From: Acidimicrobiia bacterium
GTDB taxonomy: Bacteria > Actinomycetota > Acidimicrobiia > Spongiisociales > UBA11373
Direction of reading: 5' to 3'
DNA: 36,303 nucleotides
NCBI GenBank assembly: GCA_035514255.1
Contig: DATKBG010000202.1
Span: 1 to 36,303 of the forward strand
How positions within the stretch are numbered: the stretch's first letter is position 1; every line of letters starts with the position of its first letter. This document shows, one piece after another, positions 7,421 to 15,892 of this stretch. Both the position numbers and the translations under genes were made by a program. The notes below the pieces were generated by a model, which made no database searches, was not told the DNA's origin, and worked only from the letters and a program-made list of their open reading frames with translations.

Positions 7421-8467
7421 GTGCACCGCCGATCACCGCTTCATGGGGCCAACGAGGCCCTCGGTGCTCGTTTCACGCCCTTCGGAGACTGGGAGATGCC
7501 GCTCCAGTACGACGGCACGCTCGCCGAACACGCTGCGGTGCGTACCGGCGTCGGGGTCTTCGATGTCTCCCATCTCGGTCGATTCGAGGTCGCTGGATCG
7601 GAGGCAGCCGAGCTGGTCGGATCGATCCTCACCAACGACCTGGGCAAGATCACACCGGGCCGCTGTCAGTACTCGCTGATCCTCAACGATCGGGCCGGCA
7701 TCCTCGACGACATCGTGGTCTGGTGGCTCGAGCCGGACCGGCTGCTCGTCCTGCCGAACGCCGCCAACCACGAACGGGTGATGGCGCGGTTCGCCGAAGC
7801 AGCTGGATCCAACACACGCGTCTCAGACCTGCGTGATTCGACTGCCCTTCTCGCCGTCCAGGGCCCCGATGGCCCCCGCGTCCTCTCGGAGGGTCTTGGC
7901 GCGGCGCCCAACCGCCACCGCGTGGTCATCGCGGGCGACGCGATCGTCGCTGGCACCGGGTACACCGGTGAGGCCGGGGGAGAAGCGGTGGTGCCGCGGG
8001 CGCAGGCAGACGCCGCGCTCCAGGCGATCCTGAAGGCGGGGGCTACGCCGTGTGGTCTTGGTGCACGCGACACGCTTCGGCTCGAGTTCGGCCTGCCCTT
8101 GTGGGGGCAGGACATCGACGAGACCACCGACCCGATCGAGGCGGGACTGGCCTGGGCGGTCGGCTGGGACACCGCCTTCGACGGCAAGGAGGCTCTCGAG
8201 CCCCGCCGCCATCAAGACCCCACCCGCGCCCGCGTCGGATTCGTCCTCAACGACCGCCGACCGCCCCGGCACGGTTACCGGATCCGGTCTGGCTCCTCGG
8301 ATGGCGAGGTGACCAGTGGCAACTACAGCCCGACGCTGGAGCGTGGGATCGGGATGGGCTACCTCGCTCCGCCGGCCCCCGACGACCAGACTGCGGTGGA
8401 AGTCGAGGTGCGGGACCATTGGGTGCCCGCCCGTCTCGTCGACATGCCCTTTGTGAGGCGCTCATGA
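7421..8467 (+). CDS. gcvT: Aminomethyltransferase (glycine cleavage T protein)
   Basis: It reads SPLHGANEALGARFTPFGDWEMPLQY ... GVFDVSHLGRFEV ... TGYTGEAGGE. GTG 7421 was chosen because the upstream part of the track ORF runs through the heptamer repeat. Confidence 0.9.
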   Translation: MHRRSPLHGANEALGARFTPFGDWEMPLQYDGTLAEHAAVRTGVGVFDVSHLGRFEVAGSEAAELVGSILTNDLGKITPGRCQYSLILNDRAGILDDIVVWWLEPDRLLVLPNAANHERVMARFAEAAGSNTRVSDLRDSTALLAVQGPDGPRVLSEGLGAAPNRHRVVIAGDAIVAGTGYTGEAGGEAVVPRAQADAALQAILKAGATPCGLGARDTLRLEFGLPLWGQDIDETTDPIEAGLAWAVGWDTAFDGKEALEPRRHQDPTRARVGFVLNDRRPPRHGYRIRSGSSDGEVTSGNYSPTLERGIGMGYLAPPAPDDQTAVEVEVRDHWVPARLVDMPFVRRS

Positions 8468-9798
8468 CGTTCACCCCCCACACCGACGAACAGGAGCAGC
8501 GGATGCTGACCGCGCTCGGCCTGGCCGACGCGGACGAGTTGTTCGCCCACATCCCGAAGGCAGCCAGGCTGACCGAGCCGCTCGACGTGGCCGCCGGGAT
8601 GTCGGAACTCGAGGTGATGCGTTACGTCGAGGACCTCGGACGCCAGAACCGCAGCGGGCTCGTGTGCTTCGCCGGAGGAGGCGTCTACGACCATCACCTG
8701 CCGCCAGTCGTCCGTTCGCTGACGATGCGGCCCGAGTTCGTCACCTCCTACACCCCCTATCAAAGCGAGGTGGCCCAGGGAGTGCTTCAGGCGCTGTTCG
8801 AGTACCAGTCGATGGTGGCGGCGATAACCGGTCTGCCGGTGGCCAATGCCTCTCTCTACGACGGCGCATCGGCAGGAATCGAAGCGGTCAACCTGGCACT
8901 GGCGGAAACCGGCCGCGACACCGTCTGGGTCTCACGCGGGCTGCATCCCCACACCCGTCAGGTCATCGCCACCTTCGCCCACGCCCGAGGCGTGACGATC
9001 ATCGAGCATCCGCTCGAGGACGGACGCACCGCGTGGAATCGCGACGCCACGGGACCACCGGCAGCTCTGGTCTTCGGTCAGCCCAACTATCTCGGGATCA
9101 TCGAGGAGTACGACACAGCCGTGGCGCTGGCCGGCGAACTCGGCGCGCTGACCGCGGCCTCCGTCGACCCGATGTTGTTGGGCATCCTGCGCACACCCGG
9201 CGCTGCCGGCTGCGACATCGCCTTCGCCGAGGGCCAGCCCCTCGGAAACCCGCTGTCGTTCGGTGGGCCGGTCGTGGGGATCTTCGCCGTCGCCGAGCGG
9301 CTGATGCGGCGCATTCCGGGGCGGCTCTCTGGGGAGACCGTCGACCGCGAGGGGCGACGCGCCTACACGCTGACCCTGCGTACCCGCGAACAGGACATCC
9401 GCCGTGAGAAGGCCTCGTCGAACATCTGCACCAACCAGACCCTCAATGCGGTAGCCGCTGCCATCCACCTCGCCTGGCTCGGACCCGACGGACTCGCAGA
9501 AGTCGGCCGACAGAGCAGTCACAAGGCCCGCTATCTCCGCGGACGGCTCCTCGACCTACCGGGGCTCTCCGCCATCAGCGACGCTCCGTACGGTCGAGAG
9601 TTCGGGGTGGTGCTGCCCATCGATGCCGCCTCAGCAGTGACGAGCATGGCCGACCGCGGGTATCTGGCGGGCATTCCGCTCGACCACGACTATCCCGAGT
9701 ACCGCAACGGCCTCCTGGTCGCGGTCACCGAGAAGCGGAGCCGCCAGGAACTCGACAGCTTCGCCGACGCGCTCGGGGAGGTGATCGCCGATGGCTGA
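8464..9798 (+). CDS. gcvPA: Glycine dehydrogenase (decarboxylating) subunit 1
   Basis: It starts MTFTPHTDEQEQRMLTALGL and contains YTPYQSEVAQGVLQALFEYQ. There is an ATGA overlap with the gcvT stop. Confidence 0.92.
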   Translation: MTFTPHTDEQEQRMLTALGLADADELFAHIPKAARLTEPLDVAAGMSELEVMRYVEDLGRQNRSGLVCFAGGGVYDHHLPPVVRSLTMRPEFVTSYTPYQSEVAQGVLQALFEYQSMVAAITGLPVANASLYDGASAGIEAVNLALAETGRDTVWVSRGLHPHTRQVIATFAHARGVTIIEHPLEDGRTAWNRDATGPPAALVFGQPNYLGIIEEYDTAVALAGELGALTAASVDPMLLGILRTPGAAGCDIAFAEGQPLGNPLSFGGPVVGIFAVAERLMRRIPGRLSGETVDREGRRAYTLTLRTREQDIRREKASSNICTNQTLNAVAAAIHLAWLGPDGLAEVGRQSSHKARYLRGRLLDLPGLSAISDAPYGREFGVVLPIDAASAVTSMADRGYLAGIPLDHDYPEYRNGLLVAVTEKRSRQELDSFADALGEVIADG

Positions 9799-11266
9799 AC
9801 CGGGAGGACGAGCGACCAGCACCCCGCTGATGGGCGGCAGCCCGGAGCCGACGCTGATCGAACTGAGCGTGCCGGGGCGTCGTGCCTGGTCCTTCCCGCC
9901 CCTCGACGTGCCCGAAGACGATCTGGGGTTCCCCGAGACAACGGACTCGCTTCCGGCGCTCCCGGAGGTCTCCGAACGCGACCTGGTCGCCCACTTCACC
10001 CGGCTGGCGCACCGCAACTTCGCCGTCGATCTCGGCGCCTATCCGCTGGGCTCGTGCACGATGAAGTACAACCCGAAGGTGTGTGACTGGGCTGCCGAGC
10101 AAGGGGGCTTCCGCGACCTGCACCCGGCTGCGCCAGCCGAACTGACGCAGGGGGCGTTGAAGGTCCTCCTCGAAGCCGAGTCGATCCTGTGCGCCATCAC
10201 CGGTATGGCCCGGGCGACCTTCCAGCCACCCGCAGGAGCCTCCGGCGAACTGACGGGCCTTCTCATCATGCGGGCCTATCACGAGTCCCAGGGTCGTAAT
10301 CCCACGAAGATCCTCATTCCCGATTCGGCCCATGGCACCAACCCGGCCTCGGTCACCCTCGCTGGCTATCGGGCGGTGCAGGTCCCCAGCGACGATCGCG
10401 GCATGGTCGATCTCGAGGCACTCCACGCTGCCGTCGACGATGACGTCGCTGGCTTCATGCTCACCAATCCCAACACGCTCGGCCTTTTCGAGGAGGATGT
10501 GATCGAGATGGCCCGCGCCATCCACGACGTCGACGGGCTCGTCTACTACGACGGGGCGAACCTCAACGCCATCCTCGGGGTGGCCCGTCCCGGGGACATG
10601 GGCTTCGACATCGTCCATTCCAACCTCCACAAGACTTTCGCCACCCCGCACGGTGGGGGAGGCCCTGGTGCGGGCCCGGTCGCCGTGGTGGAGCATCTCG
10701 TCCGCTTCTTGCCCGGGCCGTTGCCCGTCGACGCCGAGGGCGCGCTCAGCTGGGAGATGCCAGCCGACTCGGTGGGTCGGGTGCATGGCAACCACGGCAA
10801 CTTCCTGGTGGTGCTCCGTGCCCTCACCTACATGCGCCTGCTCGGAGCCGAGGGGCTGCGGGTAGTGGCCGATCGCAGCGTGCTCAATGCTCGCTACCTG
10901 GCCTCCCTGGTGGAGGAGCGGTACCCCATTCCGTACGACGCTCCACCGATGCACGAGTTCGTCGCGTCGGCTGCTGCGCTCAAGAAGGCGACCGGCGTGC
11001 GGGCCATGGATGTCGCCAAGGCGCTGCTCGACCGGGGCTTCCACGCCCCGACCATCTACTTCCCGCTGATCGTCGATGAAGCCCTCATGCTCGAGCCGAC
11101 CGAGACCGAGTCGCCCGAGACCATCGAGGCACTAGCCGACGCCCTCAACGAAATCGCCATCCTCGCCGCCACGGACGCCGCCCACGTCCAGGCATCACCC
11201 CACAAGACGCCGGTGTCGCGTCCGGACGATGCGCTGGCGGCTAGGAACCCCAAGCTGACCTGGTAG
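9791..11266 (+). CDS. gcvPB: Glycine dehydrogenase (decarboxylating) subunit 2
   Basis: It has LGSCTMKYNPK and HSNLHKTFATPHGGGGPGAGP, the PLP-lysine region. It overlaps the end of gcvPA by 8 nt. Confidence 0.92.
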   Translation: MAEPGGRATSTPLMGGSPEPTLIELSVPGRRAWSFPPLDVPEDDLGFPETTDSLPALPEVSERDLVAHFTRLAHRNFAVDLGAYPLGSCTMKYNPKVCDWAAEQGGFRDLHPAAPAELTQGALKVLLEAESILCAITGMARATFQPPAGASGELTGLLIMRAYHESQGRNPTKILIPDSAHGTNPASVTLAGYRAVQVPSDDRGMVDLEALHAAVDDDVAGFMLTNPNTLGLFEEDVIEMARAIHDVDGLVYYDGANLNAILGVARPGDMGFDIVHSNLHKTFATPHGGGGPGAGPVAVVEHLVRFLPGPLPVDAEGALSWEMPADSVGRVHGNHGNFLVVLRALTYMRLLGAEGLRVVADRSVLNARYLASLVEERYPIPYDAPPMHEFVASAAALKKATGVRAMDVAKALLDRGFHAPTIYFPLIVDEALMLEPTETESPETIEALADALNEIAILAATDAAHVQASPHKTPVSRPDDALAARNPKLTW

Positions 11267-11268
11267 GA

Positions 11269-11289
11269 CTGGGCAGCAACGCTGCCCAG
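11269..11289 (+). terminator. GC-rich hairpin directly after gcvPB (CTGGGCAGC-AAC-GCTGCCCAG)
   Basis: A perfect 9-bp stem with a 3-nt loop begins 3 nt after the TAG stop. No U-tract follows. Confidence 0.45.
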
Positions 11290-11291
11290 TC

Positions 11292-11414
11292 GTACCTGGT
11301 ACTTGGTACTTGGTACGAAGAGAGAGCAGCTCACAGCCGACAGCTCACAGCCAGAAGGCCGCGTGGGTACCTGGTGCGGGTGTCTGCGAATACCAAGTAC
11401 CAAATACCAAATAC
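11292..11414. repeat. 123-nt element bounded by inverted heptamer arrays
   Basis: The left arm is GTACCTGGTACTTGGTACTTGGTAC (11292-11316) and the right arm is TACCAAGTACCAAATACCAAATAC (11391-11414). They are about 21/24 complementary. The interior holds a direct repeat CAGCTCACAGCC-GA-CAGCTCACAGCC (11327-11352). Confidence 0.85.
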
Positions 11415-12461
11415 TCAGCCGTTCGCGTACCCGGCCTCAACCCTTTCCCTGACACGGCTCCGCGTCTCTTCATCGCAGAAAGCCGCTTCCACCGCATTGA
11501 GGGTGATGGCTCGCAGGTCGTCTCGATCGAACCCCTGATCCTCTACGGCGAGCGTGAATTCGCGGCTCATCGACGTGGCGCTCATCAGGCGGTTGTCGGT
11601 GTTGATCGTGGTGGTGAACCCGGCTCGGTAGAGCAGGCCGATCGGGTGATCGGCAGCAGTTGGATACATGCCGGTGTCGAGGTTGGAGTACGGACACAGC
11701 TCGAGGGCGATGCCGCGATCGCGGACCTCGGTCGCCACCGGCCCCAACTCGACGATCTCGCCGTCTTCGACGGTGGTGTCTTCGATGATCCGAGCCCCGT
11801 GCCCGATCCGCTCGGCGCCCTGGTCGAGTGCCGCTCGGATACTGCCGACGCCATCACCTTCTCCGGCATGGATGGTGATGCGCAGGCCACCGCGGCGAGC
11901 GATCTCGATGGCCTCGGCGTGGAGTGACGGGGGGAAGCCCGCCTCTGGCCCGGCAAGGTCGAAGCCGACGACTCCCTCACCGGCGAAACTCGCGGCCGCC
12001 TCGGCGACCTCGACCGAGTCGTCCTGCTGACGGAGGGCGTCTACCAGGATGCGAACCGGGAGCCCGGTATCGGCCTCGGCTCGGGAGAACCCGTCGATCG
12101 CCGCCTCCAGCACGTCGGTTCGCGACATCCCGCGTTCGAGGTGGAGGGTGGGGGCGAATCTGATCTCGGCGTACACCACTCCTTCAGCCGCAAGGTCGGA
12201 AGCGGCCTCGTAGGCGACCCGGGCGACGGCCTGGGGCGTCTGCATGACCCCGAAGGTGTGGGCGAAAGCCTCCAGATACCGCTCCAGCGAGAACGAGCCG
12301 TCCTGATGGAACCAGCGGGCCAGAGATGCAGCGTCGTCGAAGGGGAGGCGGTCGTAACCAGCGTCGCTGGCGAGGTCGAGGATGGTCTGCGGCCGCAGAC
12401 CGCCATCGAGGTGATCGTGCAGCAGGACCTTCGGGAGCGCTCGGACTTCTTCGGGTTTCAT
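11415..12461 (-). CDS. add: Adenosine deaminase
   Basis: It has LPKVLLHDHLDGGLRP, ITIHAGE and TINTDNRLMS motifs. The internal ATG (MKPEEV) was chosen over the longer track ORF. Confidence 0.9.
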   Translation of the reverse strand: MKPEEVRALPKVLLHDHLDGGLRPQTILDLASDAGYDRLPFDDAASLARWFHQDGSFSLERYLEAFAHTFGVMQTPQAVARVAYEAASDLAAEGVVYAEIRFAPTLHLERGMSRTDVLEAAIDGFSRAEADTGLPVRILVDALRQQDDSVEVAEAAASFAGEGVVGFDLAGPEAGFPPSLHAEAIEIARRGGLRITIHAGEGDGVGSIRAALDQGAERIGHGARIIEDTTVEDGEIVELGPVATEVRDRGIALELCPYSNLDTGMYPTAADHPIGLLYRAGFTTTINTDNRLMSATSMSREFTLAVEDQGFDRDDLRAITLNAVEAAFCDEETRSRVRERVEAGYANG

Positions 12462-12471
12462 GCCCTTCAGG

Positions 12472-12954
12472 CTACCCAGCGGGTTCCGAGCTGAGCCACC
12501 AGCGCCGTTCGACGATCTCCTCGTCGTGCAGGGTCGTCGCCATGACCTCGCCGGGTACGAATCCGAGGGCCTCGAAGAACCGCTCGCCGTCGATGTTGCC
12601 CAGCACCACATCCGCTCGGACTGGCCGTTCCGGCTCGGTGACCCGAGCAACCTCGACGAGAGCACGCCCTACCCCATGGCGCCGGAATCGGGGCTCGGTG
12701 GACACATCGCCGACGATGGTCGCCGCCTCAGACTTCTCGGCGTCGACGAACCCGACGATCTGATCCTCCCACTCGGCGACGCGCAGTCCACCGGCGAGAA
12801 GGCGCCGCCGCAGAGCAGCAGGGGAGTAGGCCGCTTCGAGGAACCTGCCGACCGTCTCTGGCTTGAGGAGGCCGGCGTAGCTGTCCCAATAGGCGGCGTC
12901 AGCGACTCTCCGCACCGCAACCAGGTCGTCACGAGTGGCCGGACGGACTCGCAT
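12472..12954 (-). CDS. GNAT-family N-acetyltransferase
   Basis: It starts MRVRPATRDDLVAV and has the acetyl-CoA motif RRHGVGRALV. It lies 10 nt upstream of add on the same strand. Confidence 0.8.
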   Translation of the reverse strand: MRVRPATRDDLVAVRRVADAAYWDSYAGLLKPETVGRFLEAAYSPAALRRRLLAGGLRVAEWEDQIVGFVDAEKSEAATIVGDVSTEPRFRRHGVGRALVEVARVTEPERPVRADVVLGNIDGERFFEALGFVPGEVMATTLHDEEIVERRWWLSSEPAG

Positions 12955-13014
12955 GTGTCCGAACCTACTCCTCGGCCCGAGGTGCGTGCCGGTCTGAAGC
13001 CGTAGACTCCCGGC

Positions 13015-13689
13015 ATGGCATCCAAGCGACAGCGGCTCTTGTTCGCGTTTGCTGCAGTCATCGTGATGGCCGTCGGATACGCCCTGCTGCGGCGATGGCT
13101 CGGAAGCCCAAAACCACGGGAGGCATCCGTCGACGAGATGCCCGCCGCCACGGTGGGGGAGCGCGAGGCAGCGTGGGCGGCAGCAGCCACCATGCGGCTG
13201 GCCGAGCGCCGCCGCAATGAGGTCGGTGCGGCCCGTGACACCTTGGCCGCGGCCGAGGCTCGCGCCGACGATCTCGAGGCGCAGCTCGAACTGGCGCGCC
13301 GTCTGCTCAGCGAACACACCGCGATCTCCAACGAGAACCACCGGCTACGCGGCGCCGTACAGGCATTGACCGACGCGCTGACCGCGATGCCACCGGGTGG
13401 CGAGACAAGTGCACCGACGCCCGGACTCGCCGACGCCCTCCAGGGTGAGATCGACGGGTTGCGCGACGAGCTCGCCGCCATGGAACTTCAGGTCAAGGAG
13501 CTCTCCGAGGACCGTGACCGCATCGTCGAGGAAGCGGACCGGCTCCGCACGGCGCTCGAAGCTGCGGGAGAGACGACCGACCCGGATCGGTTGGGCCGAC
13601 TTCGTACCGAACTCGTCAACGTCCGACGATCGCTGGACATCGAGCGGCAGCGCAATCTACGACTGGGGCGTCGCCGGCGAGAATTCTGA
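13015..13689 (+). CDS. Membrane-anchored coiled-coil protein of unknown function
   Basis: It has an N-terminal TM segment (LLFAFAAVIVMAVGYALL) and then long heptad-like Ala/Glu/Arg/Leu stretches. The overlapping minus-strand ORF is Ser/Arg-rich and looks spurious. Confidence 0.55.
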   Translation: MASKRQRLLFAFAAVIVMAVGYALLRRWLGSPKPREASVDEMPAATVGEREAAWAAAATMRLAERRRNEVGAARDTLAAAEARADDLEAQLELARRLLSEHTAISNENHRLRGAVQALTDALTAMPPGGETSAPTPGLADALQGEIDGLRDELAAMELQVKELSEDRDRIVEEADRLRTALEAAGETTDPDRLGRLRTELVNVRRSLDIERQRNLRLGRRRREF

Positions 13690-14181
13690 TTGGTCGGTAT
13701 CGGATGGCCGATAGGTCGCCAGCAGCTGGAGCACGCCGGCCAGGATGCCTGCCAGGGCGATCGTCAGCCCCGCGGTACCTGAGAGCCGCTCGGTGAGACC
13801 CAAGGCATCGTCGACGGAGTACCGGCCGGGACCCAGGTAGGCGACGACTGCGGCGATCACCGACAGAGTCAGAACGTACTCGTAGCCCTCATCAGGCCGC
13901 GCCGATACGAAGAAGCCAGCGCCGCGATGCACCGTCCAGTACGCCACGAACATCATCGCAATGAGGCCCGCCGCTCCGATCGCGGTGAGAAATCCGGCGA
14001 GGAACGAGATGCCGATGCCGATCTCGGCGAAGGCCATGAGGAACCACTGCATCGTCGGGTAGCGGAGTCCGATCGAGGCCGTCCACCGGATCGTCTTGTC
14101 CCGGTTGATCACGTGCTTGACCCCGTGCGCCAGGAACACGATGCCAACGATCGACCGTAGCGCGAGGATGGCGAAGTCCAT
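13657..14181 (-). CDS. DoxX-family membrane protein
   Basis: It has four TM segments and the N-terminus ALRSIVGIVFLAHGVKHV typical of DoxX. Confidence 0.8.
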   Translation of the reverse strand: MDFAILALRSIVGIVFLAHGVKHVINRDKTIRWTASIGLRYPTMQWFLMAFAEIGIGISFLAGFLTAIGAAGLIAMMFVAYWTVHRGAGFFVSARPDEGYEYVLTLSVIAAVVAYLGPGRYSVDDALGLTERLSGTAGLTIALAGILAGVLQLLATYRPSDTDQSEFSPATPQS

Positions 14182-14247
14182 ACGGTCACGGTAGCGGGGG
14201 ACCGGTAGCCGCTACCCCGCCGGGGGAGGGGGCCTATCGTTGGCGCC

Positions 14248-14736
14248 ATGAGCAACCTCATCACTGACTTCTACCGCCAGAACGAGTGGGCGAACCTCGC
14301 CCTCATCGACCACTGCCGTCCGCTGACCGACGAGCAACTCGACGACACCTCGGTCGCGGGTGTTTACGGCTCGATCCGGTCGACCCTGCTGCACATCGTC
14401 GGCGCCGAAGGGGCGTACGCCGCCCTGCTCGGCGACACCGAGCTGGAGCGCTACGGGTCCGACGACCCGTGGCCGGGGTTCGATCGACTCGCCGAGTATG
14501 CCCGCCTGGCGGCCGCCTCGTTGACGGCACACGCCGAGTCACTCCCGGCCGATCCGATTCTGTCGCGGGACGGTAAGGACGAGATCGACCGCGAGGTCGT
14601 CCTTGTCCAGATGTACCACCACAGCACGCATCACCGGGCGGAGATCTGCACGGTGCTCACCCAGATCGGCGTCGAACCCCTCGACCTCAGCGCCTGGAGT
14701 TGGGGACCGGCCGACGATCGCATCCGGCCGGTGTGA
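14248..14736 (+). CDS. DinB-family (DinB_2/DUF664-like) metal-dependent protein
   Basis: It has the pattern NEWAN ... LLHIVGAE ... HHSTHHRAE, the His triad of a four-helix bundle. Confidence 0.78.
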   Translation: MSNLITDFYRQNEWANLALIDHCRPLTDEQLDDTSVAGVYGSIRSTLLHIVGAEGAYAALLGDTELERYGSDDPWPGFDRLAEYARLAAASLTAHAESLPADPILSRDGKDEIDREVVLVQMYHHSTHHRAEICTVLTQIGVEPLDLSAWSWGPADDRIRPV

Positions 14737-14839
14737 GCGAAGTCGCCTGGCCCCGGGGGATGGGGATCCGCAGTGTGGCGAGGTTCTCAATTCGAAGCAA
14801 CGTTACATAACGTGGATTATGGGACATAAGGTACGACGG

Positions 14840-15451
14840 CTACACCACCCTCCAGGCACCCCGACTCTCCTCACTCGCTGCTCTCGCATGACACCCGTCC
14901 AGGTGGTCGTTGACGAGCCCTACGGCCTGCATGAGGGCGTACATCGTCGTCGGGCCCACGAACGACCAGCCGCGAGCCTTCAGATCCCTGCTGAGCCCCT
15001 TGGACCCTTCTGTGATCGCCGGGATGTCTCCCAAAGACGCCGGTGCCTGCCGGGCGAAGTCGGCGTACCGCGCCAGGAACGCGGCGACGGATCCGAATTC
15101 GGCACTGAGTTCGAGCGCGCGTGACGCGTTGTTGATGGCGGCGCGGATCTTGGCTCGGTTGCGGATGATGCGGGCGTCATCGAGGAGCCGACGCACCTCC
15201 CGGTCGCCGAAGCGACTGACCGTCGTGGGGTCGAAACCAGCAAAGACCTCGCGGAAGGCTTCTCGCTTGCGCAGGGTCGTGATCCACGACAGGCCAGCTT
15301 GGAAGCCCTCGAGCGCGACCCGCTCGTAGAGGCCGGCGTCGCTCAGGACCGGATGCCCCCACTCGGTGTCGTGATAATCGAGATACAGGGGGTCAGAACC
15401 GGGCCACGGGCAGCGCGTGATCCCATCGTCACCGACCGCGAGGTCACTCAC
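14840..15451 (-). CDS. tag: DNA-3-methyladenine glycosylase I
   Basis: It has CPW ... YHDTEWG ... LEGFQAGLSW ... IIRNRAKI. GTG 15451 overlaps the msrB stop by 8 nt (GTGAGTGA). Confidence 0.88.
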   Translation of the reverse strand: MSDLAVGDDGITRCPWPGSDPLYLDYHDTEWGHPVLSDAGLYERVALEGFQAGLSWITTLRKREAFREVFAGFDPTTVSRFGDREVRRLLDDARIIRNRAKIRAAINNASRALELSAEFGSVAAFLARYADFARQAPASLGDIPAITEGSKGLSRDLKARGWSFVGPTTMYALMQAVGLVNDHLDGCHARAASEESRGAWRVV

Positions 15452-15842
15452 TCGTTGGATCGAAGTCCAGGGCTCCCGAGTTGATGCAGTACCGCAGCCC
15501 GTCGGAGCCAGGCCCGTCGTCGAACACGTGCCCGAGATGACCTCCGCAGGTGGCACACAGCACCTCCGTCCGCACACGGCCGTAGCTCGTGTCGGGCTTG
15601 GTGGTCACCGCCGCGACGTCGGCCGGAGCGACGAACGAGGGCCAGCCGGTACCGCTGTCGTACTTGTCGTCGGACCGGAACAGCTCGGTGCCGCAGCCGG
15701 CGCACTTGTATGATCCTGGGTCCTTGGTGTCCCAGTAGGCACCGGTGAACGCCGGTTCGGTGGCGCTGCACCTCAGGATGTCGTACTGCTCAGGGCTGAG
15801 GCGCTCTGCCCAGTCGGTGTCGGTGGCGGGAAGATCGGGCAT
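15444..15842 (-). CDS. msrB: Peptide-methionine (R)-S-oxide reductase
   Basis: It has the zinc motifs CAGCGTELF and CATCGGHLGHVFDDGP, and GWPSF. Confidence 0.93.
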   Translation of the reverse strand: MPDLPATDTDWAERLSPEQYDILRCSATEPAFTGAYWDTKDPGSYKCAGCGTELFRSDDKYDSGTGWPSFVAPADVAAVTTKPDTSYGRVRTEVLCATCGGHLGHVFDDGPGSDGLRYCINSGALDFDPTSE

Positions 15843-15892
15843 TATGACTCCGTTATCGATAGAGACAAGGGTATCGCAGGATCGGAGGAGTC

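Noticed and set aside
6236-11414. Heptamer arrays interpreted as a CRISPR array or as coding repeats (the track translates them as ...PSTKYQ...).
   Set aside because: The units are 7 nt with no spacers, there are no cas genes, and the arrays fall outside the supported gene starts and stops.
14800-14813. A small palindrome, ACGTTA-CA-TAACGT, in an AT-richer patch between the convergent DinB-family gene and tag.
   Set aside because: The arms are only 6 bp, it is a single copy, and no promoter is expected between convergent 3' ends. It could be chance.
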